DNA from: Rhina ancylostomus
Taxonomy: Eukaryota
DNA length: 64,000 bases
Reading direction: 5' to 3'
Assembly (NCBI GenBank): GCA_030265395.1
Contig: JARFYF010000001.1
Location: forward strand, 49,288,334-49,352,333
Part shown: positions 52,041 through 64,000 of the stretch, piece by piece
How positions within the stretch are numbered: the first letter of the stretch is position 1
Layout of the letters: each line of letters begins with the position of its first letter
Notes under the pieces: generated by a model
Seen by the model: the letters and a program-made list of their open reading frames with translations, nothing else
Database searches by the model: none
What the model was told of the DNA's origin: nothing
Made by a program: the position numbers and the translations under genes

Positions 52041-52869
52041 ATTGGCATGGTTGTGTTGCAAATGAGGAACGGATCTCTCTTCCACTTTCTGGTACTTAAG
52101 TAAAAGCAGTTACGAATAACATTTGAAAATAGCAATTGGAAACATTTTATCCTTTAAACTGCAAGCACCTCCAAGGAATTCTTGGATGCCTGGGTAGTAA
52201 GATTTTTTTTCTTTCAAAATATTTCAGGGCAATTTTACAAATTTGAATTCCCAGCACAGGGCTTTGCATGCCTGGAGCTCATATCAGAAATTGGGCCGAG
52301 GTCACCACAGTCACAACACTGCCCATTAACTTTAATGGGCGGAAAATCCTGCTGCATGCGCATTGTGCATAAATTCCTGATGTGCAATCCTACAGCCTGA
52401 AAGTTTGCTTCAGGACAGCAAATTCATTACATTGACTTTTACTTCTGCACCACTCCAACAACAGTATTCATTTCCCTCCTAAAATCCTTTTTTTCCCCAA
52501 AAAAGAAAGTTAGTTTCAGAAATTTAATTCCTGCAACTTTCTCTGCATCTATTCTCCATTAATTTTATAATATTTCTTTGTTAAACTGAAACAGTTAGAA
52601 AAAATCTACATTTCCTCAAAATGACCAAATTACAAACCTCGGATAAAGTGATCCAATTTCAAAAGCAAATGTGTTCCTAACATTTTATTGTGTTCACCCT
52701 ATCAGTCCTTTCTTTCTCAATTTTTCTATCTGTTAAAATCACCCACTCTACTTCCTTCCCAATAATCGTGACCTTATATTCCAGAAAGAGTTTCAAGTTG
52801 TATTCTTGACTTTTTACTTAGAATTCTCCTTATATTATTAACTCCAAAGTGCCAATTTATAAGCCAAAA

Positions 52870-53760
52870 ACTACCATCATTCAATACAGCATATAAACGA
52901 GCTATCTGGCCTATTGTCTGTGCCAGCCCCAAGAGCCAACATGTCCCACTCCTCTGCTCTTTCCCTAGAGCTTTGCAAATTTCTACCTTTCAACTATTTA
53001 ACCAATTACCTTCTGGGAGTTATTGAACTTGCTACCACCACTTCAAGGCATTGCTTTCCATATCACTCGCTGTGCAATTATTTCCCCCCTCTTATATCAT
53101 CACTGCCTTTGACACTGGTATTAGTTTGCTCATTTATTTTACTCAAAATTTGGTCATCTTTTCAAACACCTGTTATGTTTTAATTAACCTCCTTCTGTTT
53201 CTCCCACACATGATGTCTTTCATCCATTGAGGTAAAACTGTTGTGAAGTTCGTCTGCCTCTGGCAGGTGTCCTGAGGTGTGGTGCCCAGAACTGAACACA
53301 ATATTCCTGTTGAGGTCTAACCAGTGCTTAGTAAGTGTCCGCAAAATATTTTTGCCTTTGTACTTTAGCTTCAATGCAGGGCCAACGCCTTTATCAAACT
53401 TCCCACTTTGCTCTGCCACTTTCAGAGTTGCACATTCCCCAGCTCTCACTACAACTGTTTAAAATTGCACCATTTTGTTTATGTTGCTTCTCTTTATTCT
53501 CCCTCCCAAAAGTGATCACTTCATACTTTTGTAAAACATCCGTCATGCTTCTGCCCATTTTATTAGCAATCTGTTGCCCTGAGGTCTGTTACTGTCCTCC
53601 TCAATGCTCACTACTCTTTGGGGAGAGACGGGTCTGGCACTACTACACACTTCCCTTCTGGAAAACAACTGCTGCGATTTACTCTTTTCCTTAGCCAATT
53701 CAGTTTTCATTTAACCACCATCTCCTTAATCCCACACACTTCAGTTTCTTGTTTACTTGC
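52870..53760 (-). mobile_element. CR1 LINE 3' portion
   Basis: Minus strand reads as LVRPQQEYCVQFWAPHLR, with a CR1-type tail near 52880. Confidence 0.7.
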
Positions 53761-56700
53761 TTACTTAAACTTGGGAAATCAGCCATCTGGCCTGTCATGT
53801 GCATGTTGCCTCGTCATAGAGCAATCCCATCTATCCCATTCCCCCTGTTGCCCTGCAACAACAACTTCATCTCACATGGCTAATCAACCCCCTTTTGCTT
53901 CTTTTGCCACTTATACCAAGGCATAATTTATAATAGCCATTGAAGCTACCAGCACGTGTTTTGGAAGTGGAAGGTAACCAGAGCATCTGGTGGAACCTAC
54001 ATGGTCATAGGAGAATTCTGCACAGACAGAACAGAGTCTGTATGGACAAAACTCCTGAAACTCACTGCTTAACAACATCTCCACATGGATTGTGACAGTT
54101 ACCATCTCAAGAGCATTTTTAGATGAGCAATAAATGCTGGTTACCAGCATGGTCCACTCTTGCGATGAACACAGAAGTATTTGCCAGTTATTTTTGCTTT
54201 ATATCTTCTAATGTTTCTAAAAACAATCACTTGGAGGCTCATAGAATATGTAAAATTATATAAAACATTACCTTTCAAGTGTATTTGTCACTGCTACATT
54301 ATTCTAGACTATTTGCACCCCCTGCCAGTATTTATTTCAGTGATAAATTGAAAGTAAAAATTTGAACTTGAAATTAAATAGTGAGGCTTGAGTGCAGTCA
54401 AATTACTTTATGCTAATGTAAATAGTCAACATCAGTATATTTATATAACACCTAAAGATTTATAAATATTAAAAATTAGTATACTATTGATATTTTCCAA
54501 ATTGATTTCACGGTGAATATCGCTATTGTATTAATCAGTAGTGCACACACAGATCAGTTTAGTTTCTGTTATAGATAGCAGGTTTATCTAACAGTGCACA
54601 TAAAAATCTACATTAAGGATCAGATGTACCTATTTGGAGCATGCAACATCTGTTAAATCTCATAGATCCAATTAGATTAGTGCACTGCACCTGATCTTTT
54701 GGCATACATCTATTAATTTTAATTTAAATAAATAGCATTCTAACATTAGGAATTGAAAAGATGACGGTTAATACTTTTACCCACAAATGGCAGTTAAAGA
54801 ACGACTTAAAGCAAAATAATTTACTGCTAACAGAGTATTAAATTTCACTCTGTTCAACTAGAATGGATTTAATGATTCACAATTGACTCTCTGCAATGAA
54901 GCAGTGCAATTTTCTAGCCACCTACATAGTTAACCATTTTAAAACATTGTTTTAAAATACAGTTTTTTTAAATTTTAAAAACAATTTTACAACATTGTTT
55001 TAAAGTTCAGAATGTTGATTGTGATACTTCTATAATAAGGTTTTCATTTGACTGCTTGCACAGCTCTTATGAAATATAAAGAACTACTAGGTACAAGTTC
55101 CGAAATCATAAAATGGTATGGATTTGGAAGGTGCAGGCAACTTGAAACTTTGAAACAAAGCCTCATCAAGAAATGAGCAGTAAAACAAAATGCAGCACAT
55201 AATGTGCATTTCTATTAGGGTTGTGATAGGTTAATGGGATTTGTGAAGAAGAGATGGGGAGGTGGCATAGCAGCGATGCATTACTTCCATATATAGTTTA
55301 TTGCTTAAAAGCAACAATCAAGGTTCAATAGCAGTAATCATTTAAGAAATGTCACAAATACAACCTTGTTCAAGTACAGCTTGAAAACATACCAGAGGGA
55401 CTGATATTTTTCGTAATTAAGGAAAGACTCAAAAATGATTAATTAGCACTTTGATTCAGTAGGATACAAAACAGGAATATGTGAATTCCAACTGTGGGAA
55501 GAAAAATAACCTTAACTGTTAGCAATTTGGGATTAGTACTAATGGGAATTCAGGTCATACTCGATAAAGTAGCAAAATCTTAATACTTCAAACTTATTCT
55601 CAATATAAAATGGTCCATCTGTTATTTCAGGTCTTGCGAACAGCTCAAGAAATGGGAGGTTTATTTATTTGGTAACTGCCCATCCTGTCAATATGTCCTG
55701 AAGTGAATTACAACCAATGCATTGCTTTTGAAACAGTCTCTTACAAAAGGCAAAAATGCAGTCAATTTGCAAAAAGAAAATTCCTGACAAAAATATTAAC
55801 TTTTATGGCTAATTAACCAGGAGAATTAAATAATATTTATAAATTGATAATCTCATTCCTTACTTTGGTCCCACGTATTCATGAAGAGAGTGGGAGAACA
55901 ACGTACCCCACAGGACAATCCAACATTTCCCTGCAGGACTTTTAGGGCAAAATACTATTTTTATAAAGCAGAAGGTTAAATCATAACGCTACTTCACAAA
56001 TGCATAAGTGTTGTTCAAAATTCAGAATACATTCCTCATTTGAACAAGGAAAACAAGATAGCAATTCTATTGGCACATTCAGGCTACATTTAGTTATTTG
56101 GATAGTGTGGGAATTCTTCTGCATTTTCTCCTGGGTTTTGCGGTTAGACAATTGGTGTTGGAGCAGTGAAGAAACACCAGAAAAACTTATTTTTGCACCA
56201 TTTATCCTCTAACAATTTTTGTTTTAATTTTAATATCCTTCATGAATCGAGATAGCTGGATTTAAATTTCTCACCATCCAGTGAGAAGAAAAAACAAGAA
56301 AAATAATATGGCAAACAGAAAATAGAAAGGAGAATAGAGGGATACATTGACTTTAGGTAAACACATACCTGATCCAAGTATAGAATTCCAAAATACCAAA
56401 CTACTTCGCAGTCGCTCCCATTACACACAATCTGATCCAACCATAACATTTACAAATAAATCTTGATCCAAGCATAAAATGCTGCTATTAACCAACTTTT
56501 TTAATACCACACTACATCTAGTCAAAGAACTGCTAAATTTCACCAAGAGACAGTAGCACAATTTAGAATCTAATCATTTACGTTAAAAAGTGTTGTTTAG
56601 ACTGAATTACTGAATGAATTCACTGTACATTAACTTTAAAACATTACTTTGTGGTTTTTTAATGAATGGTTAAATTGGCTGCACTAACAGTTTTCAAATA

Positions 56701-58057
56701 TTTGCAAATTGGCTATTTTTATCTGCAGTTTATGGAAATCCTGATCCAAGCATAATCCTTATTCAAGCATAACATTTCTTGGCAATATGGTCTTGGGTTT
56801 ATAATGACTTGATTCCACCCGTTATAGAAGAAAAAAAATAATATTCCAATAGCAAAAGATCCTACTAATGAATAATGTTCTTTATCTTTCTTTTCCTTAT
56901 TGCCNNNNNNNNNNNNNNNNNNNNNNNNNNNNNNNNNNNNNNNNNNNNNNNNNNNNNNNNNNNNNNNNNNNNNNNNNNNNNNNNNNNNNNNNNNNNNNNN
57001 NATTTAACTGTAGAAGATGGTCATTAATCCATCACAAGATTTGTACCATTTCCTCAGTTATAAAATTAGAATAAAAACAACATTAAACAAAGTGTGAACT
57101 TTCAAAGTAAGCAGAACAAGAGAATTTCTTAATTGAAGCTGATGGTCTAACTTACTCACATTGCTTTTTGGTTTGTCAATGAAAAATAGAAACCAATTTC
57201 CCAAAAAAGGTTCATTTCTAAACCATGAATAAACTCCAATTGGGATCAGACATTTCCACTATCAACTAATTAAAAATTAATACAATATCAATTTATACAT
57301 CAGAATCTAATATACAGAATATTCAAACTTACTATACAGATTCAGGGCAACAGTTCATCTTTTAATTAGACTGCAACTGTTGAACAGCCAGCACTATCTT
57401 GAGCTCAAGATATTAAGTAGACTGTACTAAGGTACTGAACATTCCGGCCACCATATGTGCTATTCAGATCATATGGGAGTCGGTTGTGTTGGTTGAAAAG
57501 TGCTTTTTACATTTTCCAAGTGCATTGCTGTCATTATTACAAACTGCAAGGTTTCACAAATAGGAAATGTTGAGATTGATCAATTAGTATGTTGGCAGTT
57601 GGTTGAAGAAAACTGCTTGCAGGATACTTTTATATTAAATTACCACTCAGTTTTGCATATGACTGAACAGAAGTAGGGTGTCAGTTCATCATACCTAAAA
57701 TGCAGCACCTCCAATAATGTAGTGCTCAGTATTGCACTGAAATATTAGTCTTAATTTTACACTCTAGTTGTGCAGCATGTTTCTGTAAAATCATTACATG
57801 ATCGTTTCAATTAATACAAATAATTAATGTTTATGCTAAACAACATTCCAATTTTTAGCTTTCGGAGGCAAAACTGGTGCAATAATGGAGGGAATCTTCT
57901 TGTTCTATGATGACTGAACAATAACTACGAGACCCTCCCTAATATTTCGGTCTTGTACCAAAAGGGTAATTCTCTGGGTAAGGGAATGAAGGTCCATACA
58001 GATAAAAATGGAACTTAATTTTTTTGGGTGGAAAGGCTGATAAACAAAAAGGTCAGA

Positions 58058-58366
58058 GAGTAAAACTCTAATAATCCACTACCCCATTGACTGGAATGTA
58101 AAAACTTTCACTATGCCATGGTCTGGCATCTGGTCATTGGGGCTCTGTTTCCCGTGCTCTTTTACTCGCTGGGATCCCGTTTCCCCACACTCTCTTTAAA
58201 CAGAATGGGTTCACTGGATAATTTATTGCATCACTGTGTAATATTTTTAAAGAAGCAAAAGGTATNNNNNNNNNNNNNNNNNNNNNNNNNNNNNNNNNNN
58301 NNNNNNNNNNAATTTGCCAACCTAGCACCAATATCTCAAGTATGCCAAATTATCAGAGTTTTACTG
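58058..58366. mobile_element. Tigger-like MITE, copy 2 (opposite orientation, spans a gap)
   Basis: Termini gAGTAAAACTCTAATAAT and ATTATCAGAGTTTTACTG-TA; internal sequence homologous to 44059-44336. Confidence 0.75.
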
Positions 58367-58513
58367 TAATAAATTGAATATGGGCAATGAAGGTTCCAGT
58401 GTTCATCTTGATTAATCCAGCCTACAGCCTTATTCTTTCCAATTTTGTGGTAAGATGTACTATTGACTTTAAACATTCATTCAGATTTTAAAACAAACAG
58501 GAACTCTACTTAC

Positions 58514-58623
58514 AGCAAGGAATTCTTTAAGTCGATCTTCAATGCTTCCTTTATGAATGGTGAACAAGGCAGCAGCAATTTGATTTATAGCTTTGGCCAA
58601 ACAATGAATGTTGTTACAATGCC
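58514..58623 (-). CDS. NCKAP1: NCKAP1 coding exon (third from last)
   Basis: CAG|(G)[36 protein letters not shown]|GTAAGT; 110 nt, phase 1-0. Confidence 0.97.
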
Positions 58624-59499
58624 CTGTACAGTTAAACATAGGTACTTTGAAATCACAGACAACATGTATATGAAGAAACAGTCTCCCTCACAAGTGTAGC
58701 ATAAACACCCCATTGTTATGTATGTGGATACTTCCGACATCATGCAGACTCAGTTCATTTTGACTGCAGACAACAAGGGACAGAGGATTGAAAAACAAAA
58801 ACTGCAGAACCTGGATTACTGAAATAAAAACTAACAAAAATAATCTGGAAATACTCAGCTGAAGCAGCATCTGTGGAGAGAGAAATCCTCTATTCTTTTA
58901 CGTCTGACCTGAATCAGAAAATGATAAGGTCGCAGTAAGTTTCAAACGTGTGGGGAAAAATTTGGAAACTGGAATATAGCAGATTCAGTCTGAAACAGTA
59001 CGATTCTCAAATGCTTCTAAATATCTCCCTGTCTGCAATTTCCATCTTTAGTTAAATAAACATTTAATAATTTTCTACATTGGTCGGCTGTTCCAAATTC
59101 ATAAGACTCTTTTTACAAACTGACCAATTTGTTAAATAATTCTGATAATGGTAGGAGAGTCATCCAACAGTGACCCAGCTAAGATTTCCATCATCAGGAA
59201 CATATCACTCATCTGGATCAAATTGTTGTTTGAAATAAAAAAAGCTTATCCATAGCCAATGCAAGAATCACAAATTCTTGCATATTGAAACTAAAATTAA
59301 CATCTTTTTCCAAAAGTTACAAATTAAAATTTTGAAAAATACAATAGTTAAAATGCAAAAAAACTAAGTCCATAAAATCAGTAAATTGGACTTTAATTTG
59401 TGTTTTTGTGAATGCTATGTCTCTAATGCTATGTGCCTGTGTTGCTGCTGCAGATAAATATTTCATTTCACCTAAGCATACATGTACTTATGCGCATGA

Positions 59500-61080
59500 C
59501 AATAAACTCAATGTTGACTGAGAAAATGCTAGAGATACTAAGCAAGTCAGGCAGTATCTATGAACAGAGAAACAGTCAATGCTTCACGTTAATGACCCTT
59601 CTTCAAAGCTGAAAGAATTAGACAAGCACGATTAATGTTGTAAGGTGGAAGGACGATTGTACTGGTGCTGCTTTCTGTATATATAAAATACAGAAATTTC
59701 ATTACTTTTGCTGCTAATTTCCACCCGGCCCTCACTTTCACATGGTCCATATTTGACTCTTCTCTTGTCTGAACTCTAATCCATCCAGGAGGGTAGGGTA
59801 GCGCCTAATATCTATAATAAGCTTGCATATTCCCACAGCTATCCTGTCTACACCTTGTCCATACCCTACTTCCTGCAAGGATTCCATTCCATTCCATTCC
59901 ATTCTACAAGTTTCTCCATCAGTCCCATCTATTCCGAGGATGGGACTTTCCACATCAGTACTTCTGAGAAGTCTGTGTTAATCGTGACTTCCCCTCTACT
60001 ATTATTGACAGGACTCTCGACCTCACCTGTTTCCTGCACTTTTGGTCTTATCCCATCTCTTCCCAGCCAAAGCAAGGACAGGGTTCCCTTTGACCTCTTC
60101 TCCAACCACCAGCTTCCACATTCAAGGGATATCCTCCATAATTTCTGCCATCTTCAATGAGATTCCACCACCAGTTACATCCTATTCTCTCCATTCAGCA
60201 CTCTGAACAAACTGTTCCACTCCATGGCTCCCTCATTTGCTCTTCCAGCTCCCTCAACCACTTCCTTTCTCATGGCACTTTCCCCATATAACTGCTAGAA
60301 ATGCAACACCTGCCCTTTCACCATGTCTCCACATCCAGTCCTTCAAGATGAAGCAGTAATTCACTTGCGCTTCTTCCAAATATAGTGTTTTGCATTTGGT
60401 ACTCAAGATTTGCCCTCCTCTACGATGGAGAAACCAAATGCAGATTGGGTGACTGCTTTGTAAAACTCCTTCAGAGCTTGAGGGTGACCCCGAACACTCA
60501 ATCTTTAATTCTCCATTCCAACTGTCCTAACTACACTGTTTCACCAAATCCCAAGCTAAAGCTACCTCTAAGCTCCTCATCTTCCATCCTGGCACATTGA
60601 GTCCCTCAGGACTCAATTAATTCAGCAATTTCTGATAATCAAGTTCTTACAAATGGAAGAATGTGCGTCAGAAGTGGCTATTCTAATGCAAGATTGTGCA
60701 GCTATACTAACTCAGTCCACTCTCGCTCCACAGATGCTAATTAATTTTGAGCATTTCCAGCAAACACTGTGTTCAGCATCTCAACTCCAGCATGTTTTAA
60801 GCAATTTATTCATCTTCCTCTATTAACGCTCCTCAAGGCAGATTAACTGCGATTAACAAGCATTTGTTTTCCTCTTGGTAGTGACTGTTTTACATGGTCA
60901 ACTTTTGTCACCCTATCAGATATTCCTTTGTTATCTCCACCCTCCCCTTCTCAAAATATGCTTCCTTTTCCACTTAATTTGTTTTGCTGAAGGAGTCCTT
61001 GACCTAAAATGTTTACGTATTTCTCTTTATAGAGGTTGTCTTACCTGCTGAATAACCCAGTATTTTCTGACTTTACTGCA
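59500..61080 (+). mobile_element. Penelope-like retroelement remnant (RT C-terminus plus GIY-YIG endonuclease)
   Basis: IYNKLAYSHSY..SCKDSIPF resembles IYxKPTDSHSYL..CKDAIPFS. VFCIWYSRFALLYDGETKCRLGDCFVKL resembles VIYCIxCxxCGLLYIGETKRRLGDRFxEH. Confidence 0.8.
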
Positions 61081-62338
61081 TAAAAGAATTAGATGTGAAA
61101 AGCGTACCAGACATCAGTAACTGGAAAGGCAAGGTTCTGCCAAAGGCTGCAGTGGAGATCCAGAAGCCTCATGGACAGTACTGAAACGTCTCTTGGGTTT
61201 CTCCTCTATTGCAAATGCATTCAGCAACTCCAAAAAAACCCCCATCTGAAGCTAAATTTCCCATCTCTATCAAGTAAGCTTTTGACACTCAAATTCATTG
61301 CACCATTAGGATAACCCAAAAACCAGATGGTGTGCACACATTAAGACAAAATACTATTGCACTGGTCACCTGTGGTTCTTTCTGATTTTAGGGTAGGTGA
61401 TTAGCTCTGGGAAACTGTCAAGATTATCTTTACATTCTTTCACTGTATCTATGCTTGAAATTGAATGTTCACATTTAAGAAAGCAGATTTTGACCATTTT
61501 GCATTTACTTCCTGACATTTGACACATCTAGATTTTTACTTGAAAAGTAAAAAAGTCAAGTTTATTGTCACATGCACAAGTACAAAGGAAAAAAAAAAGA
61601 TTTGGATTATATTCAAGGCTATTTTTGACACATTTTAACTGTTAGAAATAGGACAATTTGTAAAAGAACATGGTTCACGTATTGCTCCTGATGAGATGAT
61701 GACCCAAAGTCTGGATCTTTTGAGCCATTGAGATTTTCTCTACTTTGTCATAGAAATTGTTCAACATTTTGCACAAAAGTTCACCTGCATCACCTGCAGA
61801 CATTTTTGTTGATAAACCAGAGTAGTATAAGTCACAATTTCTTAAAAGGTACTGAGCCAAATTGCAAATATGGTGAACGTTTAAATCCAGAGTCTGAAAT
61901 TAAATATGTCAGTACCAAAAAGGGAAATCTTTCTCTCCTGAAGGCAAATGACTATTAAACAATGTACAAGCTAAAAATGCTCTGATACTAAAGGGGCCAT
62001 GCTAAACACATGGTTATAACTTTAAAATTCAGTTTTAAAATTAGTTTCCTTCACTTATGTTAATTGCATACAACAGTGTGCAGCAAATTGTGTACGCTAG
62101 TTGACAATATCCTTGTTTAAAAATTCAAATGTCCTAATTTTAAGAATCTCAACCTAGTAAGTGCTATTTATTCCCAGCAAAATAGAAATTCATTAAATCT
62201 TTTCAATGTCAGTCATATCCAATGAAATGTCAACGTTAAACTCTCAAAAATAGTTTATTACAATAATAGCATCTGAAACTTCAAACTTTACATTCTGATT
62301 TTGCCTTTGAGACTTCACTATAGAAAACCAGTACTTAC

Positions 62339-62455
62339 CTTCAATAGCAGGACTATATTGGGACATGACATTACTGGCTAGAGTTGGAAGAGATACAGCA
62401 ACAAACACCATCAGGAGGCAGGCAATTTTATATTCTTCCTCTGGGCTAATATTCT
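62339..62455 (-). CDS. NCKAP1: NCKAP1 (Nck-associated protein 1, WAVE complex) coding exon (fourth from last); upstream exons not found in the window
   Basis: CAG|(E)[38 protein letters not shown](G)|GTAAGT; 117 nt, phase 1-1. Confidence 0.97.
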
Positions 62456-64000
62456 CTGTGAAGGATTGGGAGAAAGTATCAATTAATACCACAACTAGCA
62501 ATATTTTAACCAGCATTTAGAATTAAATTTTAATCCAACTTTGCTAAATCTGCTGCAAAAGTGTTAACAAAGCTTTAATATTTTTACATTATGTACCAAA
62601 ATACATTACTATAAAGTGGTACAAAATCAAATTGTCAAATAATATAGCCATAAATCATCATAAGAGGAATGAAGCATTAGGAATAAGCTTCAGGTCCATT
62701 TCATTAATTTGCACTTGAATTCTATTCACACATTTATGTCTTTATTCATCAATAGCCTCTCAAACAATAATCTTAATCTTGAATGCTCCACTTACCCCAA
62801 AAAGCTGAGAATGTTGGGACAAGTGTTCCAAATTGCCNNNNNNNNNNTCACTCCACATGAGTAAATAAGCACTTCCCAATTTCATTCCCGAGTGATCCTG
62901 CTCTGATTTTATTAATTAGCTACATTACAATTGACTACACCTCAAGTATATTTTGATTGTAACACACTTTGGTGCATCCCGGAGTGCTGAAACACCAAAC
63001 CAGTTAGTTATGTATAACTTACGTTATTTTAAGCTTATGTTAACTTATGTTCATCATGTTTGTAAAGTACAGTGCTGCTGCTGCAAAGGAGCTAATTTTT
63101 TTTAAATGACATTTATACCCTGTGAATGTATGCTATGACAATTAACTTGAACTTATGGTGAAGAAAACCACCTTTCAAGTCAATTATCTTTGGAGTTAAT
63201 TTTCCATTGCTGCTTACCGACAGAAAAAGGACAATATTTGGCTCTTGGAGGCAAGCGGAGGGCTCAGAATAGGTTAAAAATACTGCAATATTTAAAAATA
63301 TATGCATTTATATGGAGTCTTTCACAACATTAGGACATACCAAAGCACCTCATAGCTAACACTGCCTCAGTAACTACACTTCAATAAAAGTCATTGTAAA
63401 ACTTTCAAACATTTAGGTTCTGAAATATGTTAAGCATGTGCAATTTTTTGCTTTCATTGAAGTACAATCACAATTCCAGTCATAAAGGTACAAGCAAAAG
63501 GATGTGTTGTGTAATTTGAGGGAGTAGCAAAAGAGAATTTTGAAGAAATCCATGGAAATAGCCAGATAGCCTATGAAGTGAAGTGAAGTCTGTAAGTCAT
63601 GAACCTTCACATCAACAAATGCTAGACTTAAGTGCCTTTATAACCTAAGCCATCATAAGTACCAAAACTTTCACCTGTTAATAATCACAATGCATTCAAC
63701 CATACCATAATACTTCAAGGCCACTATTCATAATGTTCTGCTGTCGGAAACAGAGTAATTGTATGCTTGTGTGGGGGATACAACAATGCTGGCAAGACTG
63801 CATTTATTAATCTCAGTTGTCTTGGAGGGTGGTAAAGTTATTTCAGAAAGTAATTAGAGATGTCTGTAAACTAGATTGGGTTGGAATGGCAGTTTCATGC
63901 ACTGGAACAATATTGAACCAGTTGCATTTTCATAATGATGAGATTTGAAATTTTAAAACATGGGTAAAGGTATAGAACAGTGACCATTGCTTTAACAACC

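Noticed and set aside
56369-56780. Repeat-spacer pattern as a CRISPR-like array
   Set aside because: Vertebrate intron, repeats only about 14 bp, irregular spacing and no cas genes.

Overview
This is eukaryotic, vertebrate genomic DNA, not prokaryotic. The repeat complement (V-SINE/HE1-type and Deu-type SINEs, CR1 LINEs, Penelope-like and Harbinger fossils) points to a cartilaginous fish, probably a ray or other batoid; this is inference. Two protein-coding genes are recognisable, both on the minus strand. FRZB (sFRP-3) has five coding exons at 18310-11515 that splice in frame to 312 aa; the short exon 2 known from mammals could not be found. NCKAP1 is represented by its last four coding exons plus 3' UTR (62455 to about 44400). 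This order matches the conserved PDE1A-DNAJC10-FRZB-NCKAP1 block. Most other ORFs in the track are transposon fragments or noise. Points worth follow-up: (1) a CpG-rich, apparently bidirectional promoter at about 4.7-5.15 kb with a UPRE-II/ERSE-II-like motif but no recognisable DNAJC10 exons downstream; (2) a 66-nt near-perfect palindrome; (3) spliced, unannotated minus-strand exon-like units at 26-27 kb; (4) a duplicated structured element of about 200 bp; (5) a solo-LTR family present three times; (6) a possible in-frame cassette exon in NCKAP1. I found no solid evidence for a wholly new multi-gene system. Repeat boundaries are approximate and several N-gaps appear under-sized.
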